From the NCBI GenBank assembly GCA_037720515.1, contig JBBJMM010000015.1:4621-68620 (forward strand): a DNA stretch of 64,000 nucleotides, read 5' to 3'. Source of the DNA: Ferruginibacter sp. GTDB taxonomy: Bacteria; Bacteroidota; Bacteroidia; Chitinophagales; Chitinophagaceae. Made by a program: the position numbers and the translations under genes. Below are positions 30,863-40,378 of the stretch, piece by piece (position 1 is the stretch's first letter; every line of letters starts with the position of its first letter). A model generated the notes under the pieces. The model was not told where the DNA came from and made no database searches. It was given only the letters and a program-made list of their open reading frames with translations.

Positions 30863-31144
30863 ATGAAATTATATAAAAATAATCGCATTCACTTATTGTT
30901 TTTATTAGTATTTGTGGGCTTACAAAATATTTTGTTTGCCCAGGATACTTCCTATACCTCAACCACAACTTTAGAATCTGAAAGTTTATGGTATTCACAA
31001 CCCTGGATATGGATACTAGGTGCCCTGGTTCTGCTGTTGTTATTGTTTTCTTTATTCAGCAGAAGTTCAAAAAATAAAAATGTACGCACCGATCAGATTA
31101 TAATCAATAAAACAGTTACTTCAGAACCTGAACAAAAAATTTAA
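30863..31144 (+). CDS. QPW-motif small membrane protein, paralog 3
   Basis: Signal ending FAQD, WYSQPWIWILGALVLLLL. Confidence 0.75.
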   Translation: MKLYKNNRIHLLFLLVFVGLQNILFAQDTSYTSTTTLESESLWYSQPWIWILGALVLLLLLFSLFSRSSKNKNVRTDQIIINKTVTSEPEQKI

Positions 31145-31173
31145 AACATTTATCAATTATAAAATATACAATT

Positions 31174-31644
31174 ATGACTACGAATGAAAATTTAGCCGAA
31201 GTATTGAATGACCTTATTGAGATCAACAATGACCGTATCACTGGATATGAAAAAGCAGCAGATGAAACTAAAGATACCGATGTGGATCTTCAGGCGATAT
31301 TTCATAAAATGGCTGATGAAAGCAGGAAATATAAAACTGAATTAACACAAGCAGTTACACGCTTAGGTGCAACACCTGCAACAGGCACTACCAATTCCGG
31401 TAAAATCTATCGTATCTGGATGGATGTTAAAGCAACATTCAGCGGCCACGATCGCCAGGCTGTTTTAGAAAACTGTGAATTCGGAGAAGATGCAGCTCAA
31501 AAAGCATACAAGATGGCACTTGCTTCTGATGCAGAAATAGATGCTGAAACAAGACAATTAATAACTTCACAGCAGGCCTCTCTTAAAAATTCTCATGATA
31601 TTATAAAGAAGGCAAGAGATACCCAGAAGACAGTCAATAATTAA
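31174..31644 (+). CDS. PA2169-family ferritin-like four-helix-bundle protein (DUF2383)
   Basis: LNDLIEINNDRITGYEKAA, GKIYRIWMDVKA, CEFGEDAA..AYK.AL. Confidence 0.88.
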   Translation: MTTNENLAEVLNDLIEINNDRITGYEKAADETKDTDVDLQAIFHKMADESRKYKTELTQAVTRLGATPATGTTNSGKIYRIWMDVKATFSGHDRQAVLENCEFGEDAAQKAYKMALASDAEIDAETRQLITSQQASLKNSHDIIKKARDTQKTVNN

Positions 31645-31660
31645 TTATTACGGTAACACT

Positions 31661-31692
31661 AAAAAAGCCCATCAAATGATGGGCTTTTTTTT
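31661..31692. terminator. Bidirectional Rho-independent terminator
   Basis: A6-GCCCATCA-AA-TGATGGGC-T8. Confidence 0.85.
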
Positions 31693-31963
31693 ATTCAGGA
31701 AGTGTTTCTTCGAGTTTATTATCTTTTACAAATTTATCTCTTACTTCTGTAAACTCGGTTTGTAAAGTTGTAAGTTCTTGTACTCCATCATCTACTTTAC
31801 CGTGAATATCAGGTAATCTCTTTTCCAATAAAGAATTATTGAGATTAATATTCTCGGCTTCCAACTGAGATATCTTTTTTAATAATGAGGTTTGGGAATT
31901 TAAAATGTCCTGCAATTCACGGTTCATTTTGTCCATCAAATGCATTTTTTCAATTTTATCCAT
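31691..31963 (-). CDS. Hypothetical coiled-coil protein
   Basis: 90 aa helical, charged ORF ending at the shared terminator. Confidence 0.7.
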   Translation of the reverse strand: MDKIEKMHLMDKMNRELQDILNSQTSLLKKISQLEAENINLNNSLLEKRLPDIHGKVDDGVQELTTLQTEFTEVRDKFVKDNKLEETLPE

Positions 31964-32051
31964 GTTTATTTATTTATGTAAAAGAATTACTTTTTAAAAA
32001 AATATGAAATTCAAAGGTCTTTTATTATTTGTAAAATTGAGAGTATAAAAT

Positions 32052-32759
32052 TTATAAAATAAAATATTTTATTACGGGTACTAAAAGCCCTGCCCACCTT
32101 TTATATTGTTTTGCGGATGGATGCAGCCCATCCACGGCAAGTAATGAAGGGTCAGTACTTCCTTCCCGCGATATGGGAGTGATATCTATATAATTTACTC
32201 CCAGCGAAACTGAGATCTCTTTATTAGCTGAATTAAACTGGTCTATTTCTTCGGCAATACGTTTAGTATCAGATCCGGCAGCAAAAGGTGTTACACTATA
32301 ATCAGGGATAGATAATACGACTACATTTTTATTGATACCACCTGCATACCCGATTGCTCTTATAACAAGAGCTGAAAAATTAGTACGGTATTCTGCAAGG
32401 CTTTTACCCTGGTACTGATCATTCACTCCTATCAGTAATGTAACAATAGAATATTTTTTTGCCGGCTTTTGTATCTCTAAAGCATTTAAAAGATCCTGGG
32501 TGGTCCAACCTGTTTTAGCAATGATTTCGGGATCCTCAATATTTTTTCCCTGGGCTCTGAGCATTTGAGCTGCAATGTTTGGGAACCGGTTTATTTCCAA
32601 CTCTGATTCTCCAATAGTATAGGAATCTCCCAGGGCAAGATAATTTTTTGAGTCGTCGTTATTTGAATATTTCAACCCGCTTTTTTTACAAGAGCTAAAA
32701 ATAATGATTCCGGTAATCAAACAAATAATTAAAAAGAAAAATGGTAAACTGTTTTTCAT
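32052..32759 (-). CDS. SGNH/GDSL hydrolase lipoprotein
   Basis: LALGDSYTIG, AKTGWTT, LIGVNDQY, DGLHPS; lipobox FSSC. Confidence 0.92.
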   Translation of the reverse strand: MKNSLPFFFLIICLITGIIIFSSCKKSGLKYSNNDDSKNYLALGDSYTIGESELEINRFPNIAAQMLRAQGKNIEDPEIIAKTGWTTQDLLNALEIQKPAKKYSIVTLLIGVNDQYQGKSLAEYRTNFSALVIRAIGYAGGINKNVVVLSIPDYSVTPFAAGSDTKRIAEEIDQFNSANKEISVSLGVNYIDITPISREGSTDPSLLAVDGLHPSAKQYKRWAGLLVPVIKYFIL

Positions 32760-32816
32760 GATCCTGAATATTTATATACTTACGAGAATAGTTCAAAATA
32801 AATCTGTAAAAAAAAT

Positions 32817-33539
32817 CTAAATATTTTCTTTTACCTGGGTCTCGTCTTTAATATCCAATGCAAAATTAACAGCAGCCCTGGCATGGATCCGGGTTGTATC
32901 AAACAAGGGTAAAGGGCAATCTGCCGGTTTTATTAAAAGCGGAATTTCTGTACACCCCAGTATTACACCATCGGCACCTAAACCAGCTAATTTATCGATC
33001 TCATCTATGAATATTTTTTTAGTTGGATCAAGAAGCAAGCCTTTTGCCAATTCTTCATATATCGCTGTATTTATCTTTTCTATGCCTTCATCAGAAGGTA
33101 TCAGCGTTTCAATTTTATAAGTCTTTAAAATATCCCTGAAAAACTGTAGTTGCATTGTGTATTTTGTTCCAAGCAAAGCAATGGTATCTATTCCCAGCTT
33201 AGCTATTTCCTTTGCTGTTTCTTTGGCAATATGTATCAAAGGTATACTAACAGCTTTTTCAACATCGTCAGCCACATTGTGCATGGTGTTGGCTCCTAAT
33301 AAAATACAATCTGCTCCTGCGGCTTCTATATTTTTAGCAGCTGTGCACATGATCCTGGAAATACTTTTCCAGTCTCCCTGGTGAGTTAGTTTTTTTATCT
33401 CTACATAGTTAACAGAATTAATGATCACCTTTGCTCCTTCCTCTTCTCCTTTAATTTCATCTACCATTTCATTGAAATAGCGATAATAATCAAGGGTTGA
33501 ATACCATGTGGTTCCTCCTACTAGTCCGATTGTTTTCAT
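32817..33539 (-). CDS. Aspartate/glutamate racemase family protein (YgeA/RacX-like)
   Basis: MKTIGLVGG..W.ST..YY, ANTMH, LLGTKYTM, ILGCTEIPLL, FDTTRIHA. Confidence 0.9.
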   Translation of the reverse strand: MKTIGLVGGTTWYSTLDYYRYFNEMVDEIKGEEEGAKVIINSVNYVEIKKLTHQGDWKSISRIMCTAAKNIEAAGADCILLGANTMHNVADDVEKAVSIPLIHIAKETAKEIAKLGIDTIALLGTKYTMQLQFFRDILKTYKIETLIPSDEGIEKINTAIYEELAKGLLLDPTKKIFIDEIDKLAGLGADGVILGCTEIPLLIKPADCPLPLFDTTRIHARAAVNFALDIKDETQVKENI

Positions 33540-33621
33540 ACTGTTTAATTTTTACACCTAATTCAAACCGTTGTTTAAAGAAGAGAGGCTTAATGTATTT
33601 TGTTTTCCTTTTATTGTGTTT

Positions 33622-33985
33622 CCGCTTCGTCCTTCGCCTTGGTTCGTGTCACTCGAACCAATGATCCTTTCGCCTTGGTTCGTGTCACACGAACCAATAA
33701 TCCTTTTAAAAAAATTTTCTTATGGACTCGGATCATATTGATTTCGTTTACTTTTTATCATGCTCATTCGCCTTGGTTCGTGTCACTCGAACCAATGATC
33801 CTTTTAAAAAAATTTTCTTACGGACTCGGATCATATTGATTTCGTTTACTTTTTATCATGCTCTCGCTTCGTCCTTCGATAAACTCAGGATGACAGCATT
33901 TTGACCTCGCTCCTACTCCTCTTTCATTTCGTTTTCTTTTTATTTTGCTTTCGCTTCGTCCTTCGATAAACTCAGGTTGACAGGA
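33622..33985. repeat. Composite REP-like cluster (TTGGTTCG hairpins, CCTTCGATAAACTCAGGATGAC motifs, 98-bp tandem duplication)
   Basis: Hairpins at 33639-33661, 33675-33697, 33773-33795; CTTCGTCCTTCGATAAACTCAGG near 33867 and 33954. Confidence 0.85.
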
Positions 33986-34080
33986 TTTTTCTTATTCATA
34001 AAGCATGCCCTTATTCTCAATGATGAATATTTATAATTCTTAGGGCTTACTAAATACAACTTATTTCAGTAATTTTAAGC

Positions 34081-34515
34081 ATGTATAAAAAATATTTATT
34101 GCCCCTGTCTTTTCTTTTCCTGGTTGTGTTTTCTATTTCATGTGGGTCTGCAAGACGTACATTAGCCATTGAAGAAGGATGGGAACTCCTGGGTGAACTT
34201 ACTGTAGATTTTGCAAGGGATAGTGATAAACTGGACATTAACAGTACTACAAGATATTCAGCTTTACGTTTTAAAGTGGAGAACCGGGAAGTAAAAATAA
34301 GAGATCTGAAAATTGTATTTGCCAACCTCGACAAGCTGGAACCTTCCATTGATGAAGTGATTCCCGCAGATCAATACAGTAAGATCATTGAGCTGGGACC
34401 GGAAGGAAAGGATGTACGTTCAATTGAATTTAAATACCGTACAACTGGTAATTTATTGAAAGGAAGAGCTAAGGTTCTTGTATTCGGAAAGCGTTACAAC
34501 CAGTTAAAAAATTAG
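34081..34515 (+). CDS. Hypothetical lipoprotein (DUF2541-like beta-sandwich)
   Basis: Lipobox SISC; WELLGELTVDFARDSD, LRFKVENREVKIRDLKIVF. Confidence 0.65.
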   Translation: MYKKYLLPLSFLFLVVFSISCGSARRTLAIEEGWELLGELTVDFARDSDKLDINSTTRYSALRFKVENREVKIRDLKIVFANLDKLEPSIDEVIPADQYSKIIELGPEGKDVRSIEFKYRTTGNLLKGRAKVLVFGKRYNQLKN

Positions 34516-34534
34516 TATCAAAAAATTTATCCGG

Positions 34535-35059
34535 TTATTTATTCCATTCATTTTCCAAAATACTTAATTCTACCAGGCTCCACCATTCTCCTTTAAAATT
34601 CAATACATCTCTTTGTGTTCCTTCTACTACCATGCCCGTACTTTTGTAGCACTTTATTGCTGATGTATTAAAATTATATACACCCAGGCTTATCCTGTGC
34701 AATTTTAATTCTTCAAAACCAAACTTTAAAACAGCCTTTACCATCTGGTAACAAAATCCTTTACCCCTTTCTGTAGAGTCTACAAACACCCGGCTTATCC
34801 TTCCTGAACTGTTCTTTTTACTTATCCCTCCTAAAGAAATATGCCCCACCACTTTATTCGTTTCTGTATCAATTGCTTTATAAATAAATGCAGTTGAACG
34901 TGGCACTTCATTTACGCCTTCAATATACCAATCGAGACTTGCCTCTGTCAAAGGAAATGTAAACAGGGCACCTGACCAGTTCATCAATAATTCATCATCG
35001 CATATCCATTCCATTAACTGGAAAAAATCTGAACGTTCAAAATATTCTAATCTGATCAT
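34535..35059 (-). CDS. GNAT acetyltransferase (RimJ/RimL-like)
   Basis: ISRVFVDSTERGKGF, LKLHRISLGVYNFNTSAIKCY. Confidence 0.9.
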   Translation of the reverse strand: MIRLEYFERSDFFQLMEWICDDELLMNWSGALFTFPLTEASLDWYIEGVNEVPRSTAFIYKAIDTETNKVVGHISLGGISKKNSSGRISRVFVDSTERGKGFCYQMVKAVLKFGFEELKLHRISLGVYNFNTSAIKCYKSTGMVVEGTQRDVLNFKGEWWSLVELSILENEWNK

Positions 35060-35166
35060 ACACTATTTTTCAAAAGTTGATTAACATCCTTTTGTAATAG
35101 AAAAATATAAAAAATCCGCACACTTAGAAATGGAATTATTATACTCATGAATTACAAATAAAAAAT

Positions 35167-35526
35167 TTAATTGTAACCACCTGCCATGGTCATAGATTCC
35201 ATAGCCATTTTCTGATTGTGTTCAAATGTTAGGCGTTTGTGATTGATAACATCATAAATGGTTCCTACCAGGCAAAGACCCCCGGTAAAAAAATACAATA
35301 TCCCCATGCCTAATTGTCCCAAAACAAAACGCTGTACCCCTGCCACACCAACAAAGCCCAATAAGGTACACACTAAAATAGTTTCTGCTTTTTTTCGCCT
35401 GCCATTATAAATACTGATGAACAATTTCAATTTATCTTCTGACAGATCATTTGTAAAGGCTTGTAAATATGCCAGTTCATCAGGTTCCACAGAAGGGATC
35501 GTCAATAAAAGATTTTCATTTCTCAT
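35167..35526 (-). CDS. TM2 domain protein
   Basis: LLGFVGVAGVQRFVLGQLGMGILYFFTGGLCLVG. Confidence 0.88.
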   Translation of the reverse strand: MRNENLLLTIPSVEPDELAYLQAFTNDLSEDKLKLFISIYNGRRKKAETILVCTLLGFVGVAGVQRFVLGQLGMGILYFFTGGLCLVGTIYDVINHKRLTFEHNQKMAMESMTMAGGYN

Positions 35527-35833
35527 AATAAAGTTTGTGGGTTTTATCTGAAATTAATTGCCATACTCTGTTCATCATTATAATTATTGCTGGAATGCCA
35601 AAAGGATGCTCATTAAAGGACTGAATGAATTTTAAATGTAAAGCTGAATGTATGGAATGGCCTATACCACAACCCGGGCAAGTTTCTATACCTATAAATT
35701 TAAAAAAACAAAGTGATGTCATACCAGGTTTGAAATCTATAATAAATAGTACGATAAGAGCCACTATCCAAAATAATGATTCCAGAGGCAGATTAATGTA
35801 TATTTTTTTTTGAAAAATAGATTGTGGCATCAT
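35516..35833 (-). CDS. DUF2752 domain protein
   Basis: LCFFKFIG...CPGCGIGHSIHSALH; overlaps TM2 gene start; start codon uncertain. Confidence 0.82.
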   Translation of the reverse strand: MMPQSIFQKKIYINLPLESLFWIVALIVLFIIDFKPGMTSLCFFKFIGIETCPGCGIGHSIHSALHLKFIQSFNEHPFGIPAIIIMMNRVWQLISDKTHKLYYEK

Positions 35834-35959
35834 TAAACCGGTGAACACGAATGTACTTTAATTCCGGCTGAGTTTATAATTGAATCGTTAAGTTAGCCTG
35901 TTTCAATAAAATACAATACCAGAACCGTTTAAAATTAAATTTCTTGCGGATTGGGTTTA

Positions 35960-36185
35960 ATTGAATTTCGTTTACTTTTTTATTATGATCACGCTTCGTC
36001 CTTCGACGGGCTCAGGATGACAGCATTTTTTTGCCCTCGCCTTGGTTCGCGTCACACCAACCATTTAGTCCTTTTAAAAGAAATTTATTGCGAACGGGGA
36101 TCTTATAGTATTTCATTTTCTTTTTATTATGATCACGCTTCGTCCTTCGCCGGGCTCAGGGATGACAGCATTTTTTTGCCCTCAC
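35960..36185. repeat. Second composite REP-like cluster homologous to 33622-33985
   Basis: Two CGCTTCGTCCTTCG.CGGGCTCAGG(G)ATGACAGC copies (35992, 36136) around a degenerate TTGGTTCG hairpin. Confidence 0.8.
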
Positions 36186-36214
36186 CCCAAACCCAACTCC
36201 CCAATTCTTAATCA

Positions 36215-36784
36215 CTATTGTAGTGAATTGAACACCCTGATAACTTTTACAAACCTTGGTAAAAAATAACTATTTATAGATGATATCATTACGCCGCCTC
36301 CCTGCCCTGATGATGCATGTATAAATTGCAACCGCCCGCTGTCATTTCTTATAACAATCCCCATGTGTCCTACCACGCCATTATTAACATCACTACCGGT
36401 AAATAAAATAATATCCCCGCGTTTACTTTCCAGTGTAGATACTGCAATTCCAGCATTTGTAAAATCTTTAGAAATACGGGGAACCTTTATCTTATGTTTC
36501 ATAAATACATAATTGATAAAGCCGGAACAGTCAAACCCCTTTTCTTTTACTGCAGAACCGTATAGATAAGGTGTTCCCTGCAGTGTTTCTGCAAACTTCA
36601 CTACAGTTTCAGCTTGAATATTTTTTGTATCAATAACATAAGCAGGTACTTTTTCTTTTAAAATGATCTTACTCTTTATAGCGTAACCCGTATTATTCTT
36701 ACCTGCAGAAGTTGTACGCCTGGAAGTTGTACAGCTTGAAAAAACTAATAATAAAACAATAAAAATAAAAGAGCAGTTTTTCAT
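36215..36784 (-). CDS. NlpC/P60 (C40) peptidase lipoprotein
   Basis: Lipobox FSSC; GTPYLYG, GFDCSGF, GHMGI, FIHAS. Confidence 0.92.
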   Translation of the reverse strand: MKNCSFIFIVLLLVFSSCTTSRRTTSAGKNNTGYAIKSKIILKEKVPAYVIDTKNIQAETVVKFAETLQGTPYLYGSAVKEKGFDCSGFINYVFMKHKIKVPRISKDFTNAGIAVSTLESKRGDIILFTGSDVNNGVVGHMGIVIRNDSGRLQFIHASSGQGGGVMISSINSYFLPRFVKVIRVFNSLQ

Positions 36785-36876
36785 TTATTAAATATAAAAA
36801 CATTTATGGGGGATGAGGTCTAAATAAAATAAGCAGTGCTTATTTTAACAAGGTGTATTCAAATTAGATTTTATTG

Positions 36877-37458
36877 TTACTTTTTTTTGATGTTGCGGAT
36901 CGTGCAATTTTTTTTAAACCTGTCTCCAATAACAGGTTGGGCTTGTATCATTCTTACTATATCCATTCCTTTTATTACTTTACCAAATGCAGCCATTCCT
37001 AAACCATCTGCTGTTCCTCTTCTGCCATGATCGAGAGGAGATTGATCGCCGATACAAATAAAAAATTCTGTAGTAGCTGTGCCCGGGGCTGTGCGCGCGA
37101 GAGAAATAGTGCCATCTGTATGAGACAATCTTGAAGTGTGGGTTGATTCATGAGGTATGCCCTCCAATTTAACTGAGCCCGTGTTTGTTGTATACCTGCC
37201 ACCTTGTATTAAACCGGTATTATTATCATTTGGCAATTCATCTGCTTTTAAAACACGGTAAAAAGATCCATTCTTATAATATCCAGCTTCTACATAAGAT
37301 AAAAAGGCAGCTACTGATTTAGGAGCTTTATCCGGGTATAATTCTATTTCTATATTTCCAAAATCTGTGTCTATCACTAAACGGTTTTCGTTGCTGACAG
37401 ATTGTTTGCAGGAAATAAATAAAACGATTATTAATAAAATGATTCTCATCATATTCAA
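36877..37458 (-). CDS. Cyclophilin-type peptidyl-prolyl isomerase lipoprotein
   Basis: FISC lipobox; IELYPDKAP, GTISLAR..PGTATTEFFI, AFGKVIKGMD. Start may be 37452. Confidence 0.92.
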   Translation of the reverse strand: MNMMRIILLIIVLFISCKQSVSNENRLVIDTDFGNIEIELYPDKAPKSVAAFLSYVEAGYYKNGSFYRVLKADELPNDNNTGLIQGGRYTTNTGSVKLEGIPHESTHTSRLSHTDGTISLARTAPGTATTEFFICIGDQSPLDHGRRGTADGLGMAAFGKVIKGMDIVRMIQAQPVIGDRFKKNCTIRNIKKK

Positions 37459-37518
37459 ATGTAGAGAGATAAGTTTGTTATGTGTTACTTGAAATTTTAA
37501 ATTTTGAATTTTAAATTA

Positions 37519-37858
37519 CTACTGTCCGGTAAAAATTATACTCTTTCTTTAAAACACAATACCAGAGCCCTTTAAAAAGAAATTTGTTTTAGGATAGGTT
37601 CTATTTCATTCCACTTTTGTCTTGATACAAAAGTGGAGCAAAAAATCAAGGCTGCATAAAAAATCCTAAAAATTGAAGCTGCAGGCTAAAGAAAAACAAG
37701 TTCCATCTTCATATAAAAACCAAGCCAGGTGCGACTTACCGACTAAAAATATAACTCAACTGTAGTAACATCTGTTTTTCTTCTTAACGCCTTCCGCTTC
37801 AATTTTCTTAACGGATTTTTTATGAGGCCGAATCAACAGCATTTTAACCGGACAATAG
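37519..37858 (+). mobile_element. MITE-like element, copy 2
   Basis: TIRs CTACTGTCCGGTAAAAAT / ATTTTAACCGGACAATAG; inverted homolog of 17676-18059; internal 10-bp stem CCACTTTTGT/ACAAAAGTGG. Confidence 0.78.
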
Positions 37859-37871
37859 TGATTTTAAATTA

Positions 37872-38019
37872 CTACTGTTCGGTAAAAATTATACTCTTTC
37901 TTTAAAACACAATACCAGAGCCCTTTAAAAATAAATTTGTTTAGTATAGGTTCTATTTCATTCCACTTTTGTCTTGATACAAAAGTGGAGCAAAAAATCA
38001 AGGCTGCATAAAAAATTCC
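37872..38019 (+). mobile_element. Truncated tandem third copy of the MITE-like element
   Basis: Repeats the first ~148 bp of copy 2 directly downstream. Confidence 0.75.
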
Positions 38020-38044
38020 TTTAAGAATTGGAATGATGTAATCA

Positions 38045-38072
38045 CTCTCTTTTGGAGAGGGGTTGGGGGGAG
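38045..38072. repeat. CTCTC-N-GGAGAGGGGTTGGGG REP-like motif
   Basis: Single degenerate copy; related half-site CCCTCACCCC near 36179. Confidence 0.45.
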
Positions 38073-38088
38073 GTGCAAAGAAGAGAAT

Positions 38089-39009
38089 TTATTCCGAAAC
38101 GGTTTTTATTCCTACTTCTTTATATTCATAGTCCTGGGCATTGTGAATAGGAATTATGGGTTGCTCCAGATAAAGGCTCCACACCTTTGTAAAGGCTGCT
38201 CCGAAATAAAATATCAAAGAAGAATAAAAAACAAACAACAACAGCAATACAATAGATGCTGAAGCTCCATACAATTCACCGATATTACTTCCCGGTAAGA
38301 GCCATCCCAGGATGTATTTGCCAAAATGAAAAAGTATACTCGTTAACAACCCACCGGTGAATGCAACTCTCCAGGTTGGTTTTCCATCCGGTAAATAACG
38401 GAATATAGCCATGAACCACAAGGATACTATCATAATCGAAATTATGGCTGATACTACACCGTAAAATAAGAACCCGATCTGCGGAAACATTTCATGTAAG
38501 TAATTTCCAAACAATAATTTCATGCTTTCAGCAAATATGGTCATAAGAAAAAGCAAGCCTGCGAATAGTATGGCGAGAGTAGATTTTATCCTGTTGCGGT
38601 AAGCCATTTTAAATTTATGCATCCCCGTTCTCCTTATCATCCATATTTGATTAATAGAACTTTGTATTATTTTGAACAAGGTAGTTGCCACAAATAAAAG
38701 GAAAATAAATCCTGCAATAGCCAGGGGAAGATTATCTGCCAGCCCGGTAAAACCTTTTAGTGTACGGATCAATTGCCTCACACTGTCTCTTCCTATTACA
38801 TCTCCGAGTTGCTGGAATAATTGCCTGCTAATGGATTTTTTTTCAAATACAAGACTCAGCAGTTGAATCAAGATCAATAATATAGGAGGCAGTGCAAATG
38901 TTGTGAAAAATGCAGTAGCTCCTGCCAGGCGCATAGGATCATTTTTTACCAATAGCCTGAAAGCATTTCTCAAATGGGTTATAATATTTATTACATTCTT
39001 TATTGCCAT
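38089..39009 (-). CDS. YihY/virulence factor BrkB family membrane protein
   Basis: RLAGATAFFTTFALPPIL, YGASASIVLLLLFVFYSSLIFYFGA. Confidence 0.92.
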   Translation of the reverse strand: MAIKNVINIITHLRNAFRLLVKNDPMRLAGATAFFTTFALPPILLILIQLLSLVFEKKSISRQLFQQLGDVIGRDSVRQLIRTLKGFTGLADNLPLAIAGFIFLLFVATTLFKIIQSSINQIWMIRRTGMHKFKMAYRNRIKSTLAILFAGLLFLMTIFAESMKLLFGNYLHEMFPQIGFLFYGVVSAIISIMIVSLWFMAIFRYLPDGKPTWRVAFTGGLLTSILFHFGKYILGWLLPGSNIGELYGASASIVLLLLFVFYSSLIFYFGAAFTKVWSLYLEQPIIPIHNAQDYEYKEVGIKTVSE

Positions 39010-39067
39010 TCAATTATAAATATAACTGCTTAAGGCAAAAAAAAAGGTATTATTTAAAATATAATTA

Positions 39068-40336
39068 TTAATGGTCATTCAGGGGAAGCCCTTGTTCCTG
39101 GAAGTCTTTCCAGTTCATGTATTCAGGAGCCACGCGTGATTCCACCATAGTAATGCAGTCTTCTACCGGGCACATGAGTTTACACAAATTACAACCAACG
39201 CATTCCTCTTCTTTTATTGTATAAATATTATAAGGGTCGCCGTATTGTAAAGCAATGGCCTGGTGAGAGGTATCTTCACAACCAATGAAACACAACCCGC
39301 AGTGTATGCATTTATCCTGATCAATTTTTGCAATGTGATGGTAGTTGATGTCGAGTTCTTCCCAATGCGTTATTGTTTCAACCGATCTTCCTATAAAATC
39401 GTTTACAGTGGCAAAACCTTTTTCATCCATCCAGTTGGCCATACCTTCACACATATCCTCGATAATGCGAAAACCATGTTTCATTGCTGCCGTACAAACC
39501 TGTACGTTAGAGGCACCCAGTAACATAAATTCAACCGCATCTTTCCAGGTACTGATCCCTCCTATACCGGAAACCGGAACTTTATTAGTGGTGGCATCCT
39601 GCGCAATGGTTGTAAGAAATTTTAAAGCGATCGGTTTAACCGCCGGTCCACAATAACCTCCAAAAACGGATTTACCGGCTACATAAGGATTGGGAACAAG
39701 TGTATCAAGGTCCACACCTGTGATCGATTGTATGGTATTGATTAGGGAAAGGCCATTCGTACCGGCTTTTACTACCGCTCTTCCGGCCGGAACAACTGAG
39801 TGAACATTAGGTGTAAGCTTTGTTATAACGGGAATGGTTGCACGCTCCATAACCCAACCCACTACCATTGCTGCAATTTCCGGATCCTGTCCCACTGCCG
39901 CTCCCATACCTCTTTCCGTCATCCCATGCGGACAACCAAAATTCAATTCCAATCCATGCGCACCGGTATCTTCCACTTTTTTAATAAGTTCATGCCAGCT
40001 GCTCTTGTCATTATCCGCCATTAATGAAACTATCATCGCCCGATCCGGGAATAACCGGATACATTCTTTTATTTCTTTAAGATTAATATTAAGTGGCCTG
40101 TCGCTGATAAGTTCAATATTATTAAAGCCCATTACTTTTTGCCCGCCAAAATCCACTGCTGAATAGCGGGAAGACACATTTTTTACCTGTGAACCCAATG
40201 TTTTCCAGACAACACCTCCCCAGCCTGCTTCAAATGCACGCAATACATTTATTTGTTTGTCAGTAGGGGGTGCACTGGCAAGCCAGAATGGGTTGGGGGA
40301 TTGTATGCCGAGGAAAGTACTCTGTAAATTTGCCAT
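39068..40336 (-). CDS. preA: Dihydropyrimidine dehydrogenase subunit PreA
   Basis: NPFWLASAPPT, GFNNIELI, LELNFGCPHG, KLTPNV, GGYCGPAVKPIAL, two CxxCxxC ferredoxin motifs. Confidence 0.96.
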   Translation of the reverse strand: MANLQSTFLGIQSPNPFWLASAPPTDKQINVLRAFEAGWGGVVWKTLGSQVKNVSSRYSAVDFGGQKVMGFNNIELISDRPLNINLKEIKECIRLFPDRAMIVSLMADNDKSSWHELIKKVEDTGAHGLELNFGCPHGMTERGMGAAVGQDPEIAAMVVGWVMERATIPVITKLTPNVHSVVPAGRAVVKAGTNGLSLINTIQSITGVDLDTLVPNPYVAGKSVFGGYCGPAVKPIALKFLTTIAQDATTNKVPVSGIGGISTWKDAVEFMLLGASNVQVCTAAMKHGFRIIEDMCEGMANWMDEKGFATVNDFIGRSVETITHWEELDINYHHIAKIDQDKCIHCGLCFIGCEDTSHQAIALQYGDPYNIYTIKEEECVGCNLCKLMCPVEDCITMVESRVAPEYMNWKDFQEQGLPLNDH

Positions 40337-40341
40337 TATGT

Positions 40342-40377
40342 TTCGCGCAAAGGCGCCAAGTTAAACAAGACGCCAAG
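40342..40377. repeat. Left arm of CGCAAAG inverted repeat bracketing the GxxExxY gene
   Basis: TTCGCGCAAAGGCGCCAAG (40342-40360) plus CAAGACGCCAAG. Confidence 0.75.
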
Positions 40378-40378
40378 T

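Noticed and set aside
33639-33795. CRISPR array of palindromic 23-mers
   Set aside because: Only three copies with 13- and 75-bp spacers belonging to a tandem duplication; fits REP-like repeats.
33600-33904. ORFs 33600-33839, 33722-33904 (and 35951-36211)
   Set aside because: They are translations of the repeats (ALVRVTRTN, SSFDKLRMT) with no coding features.
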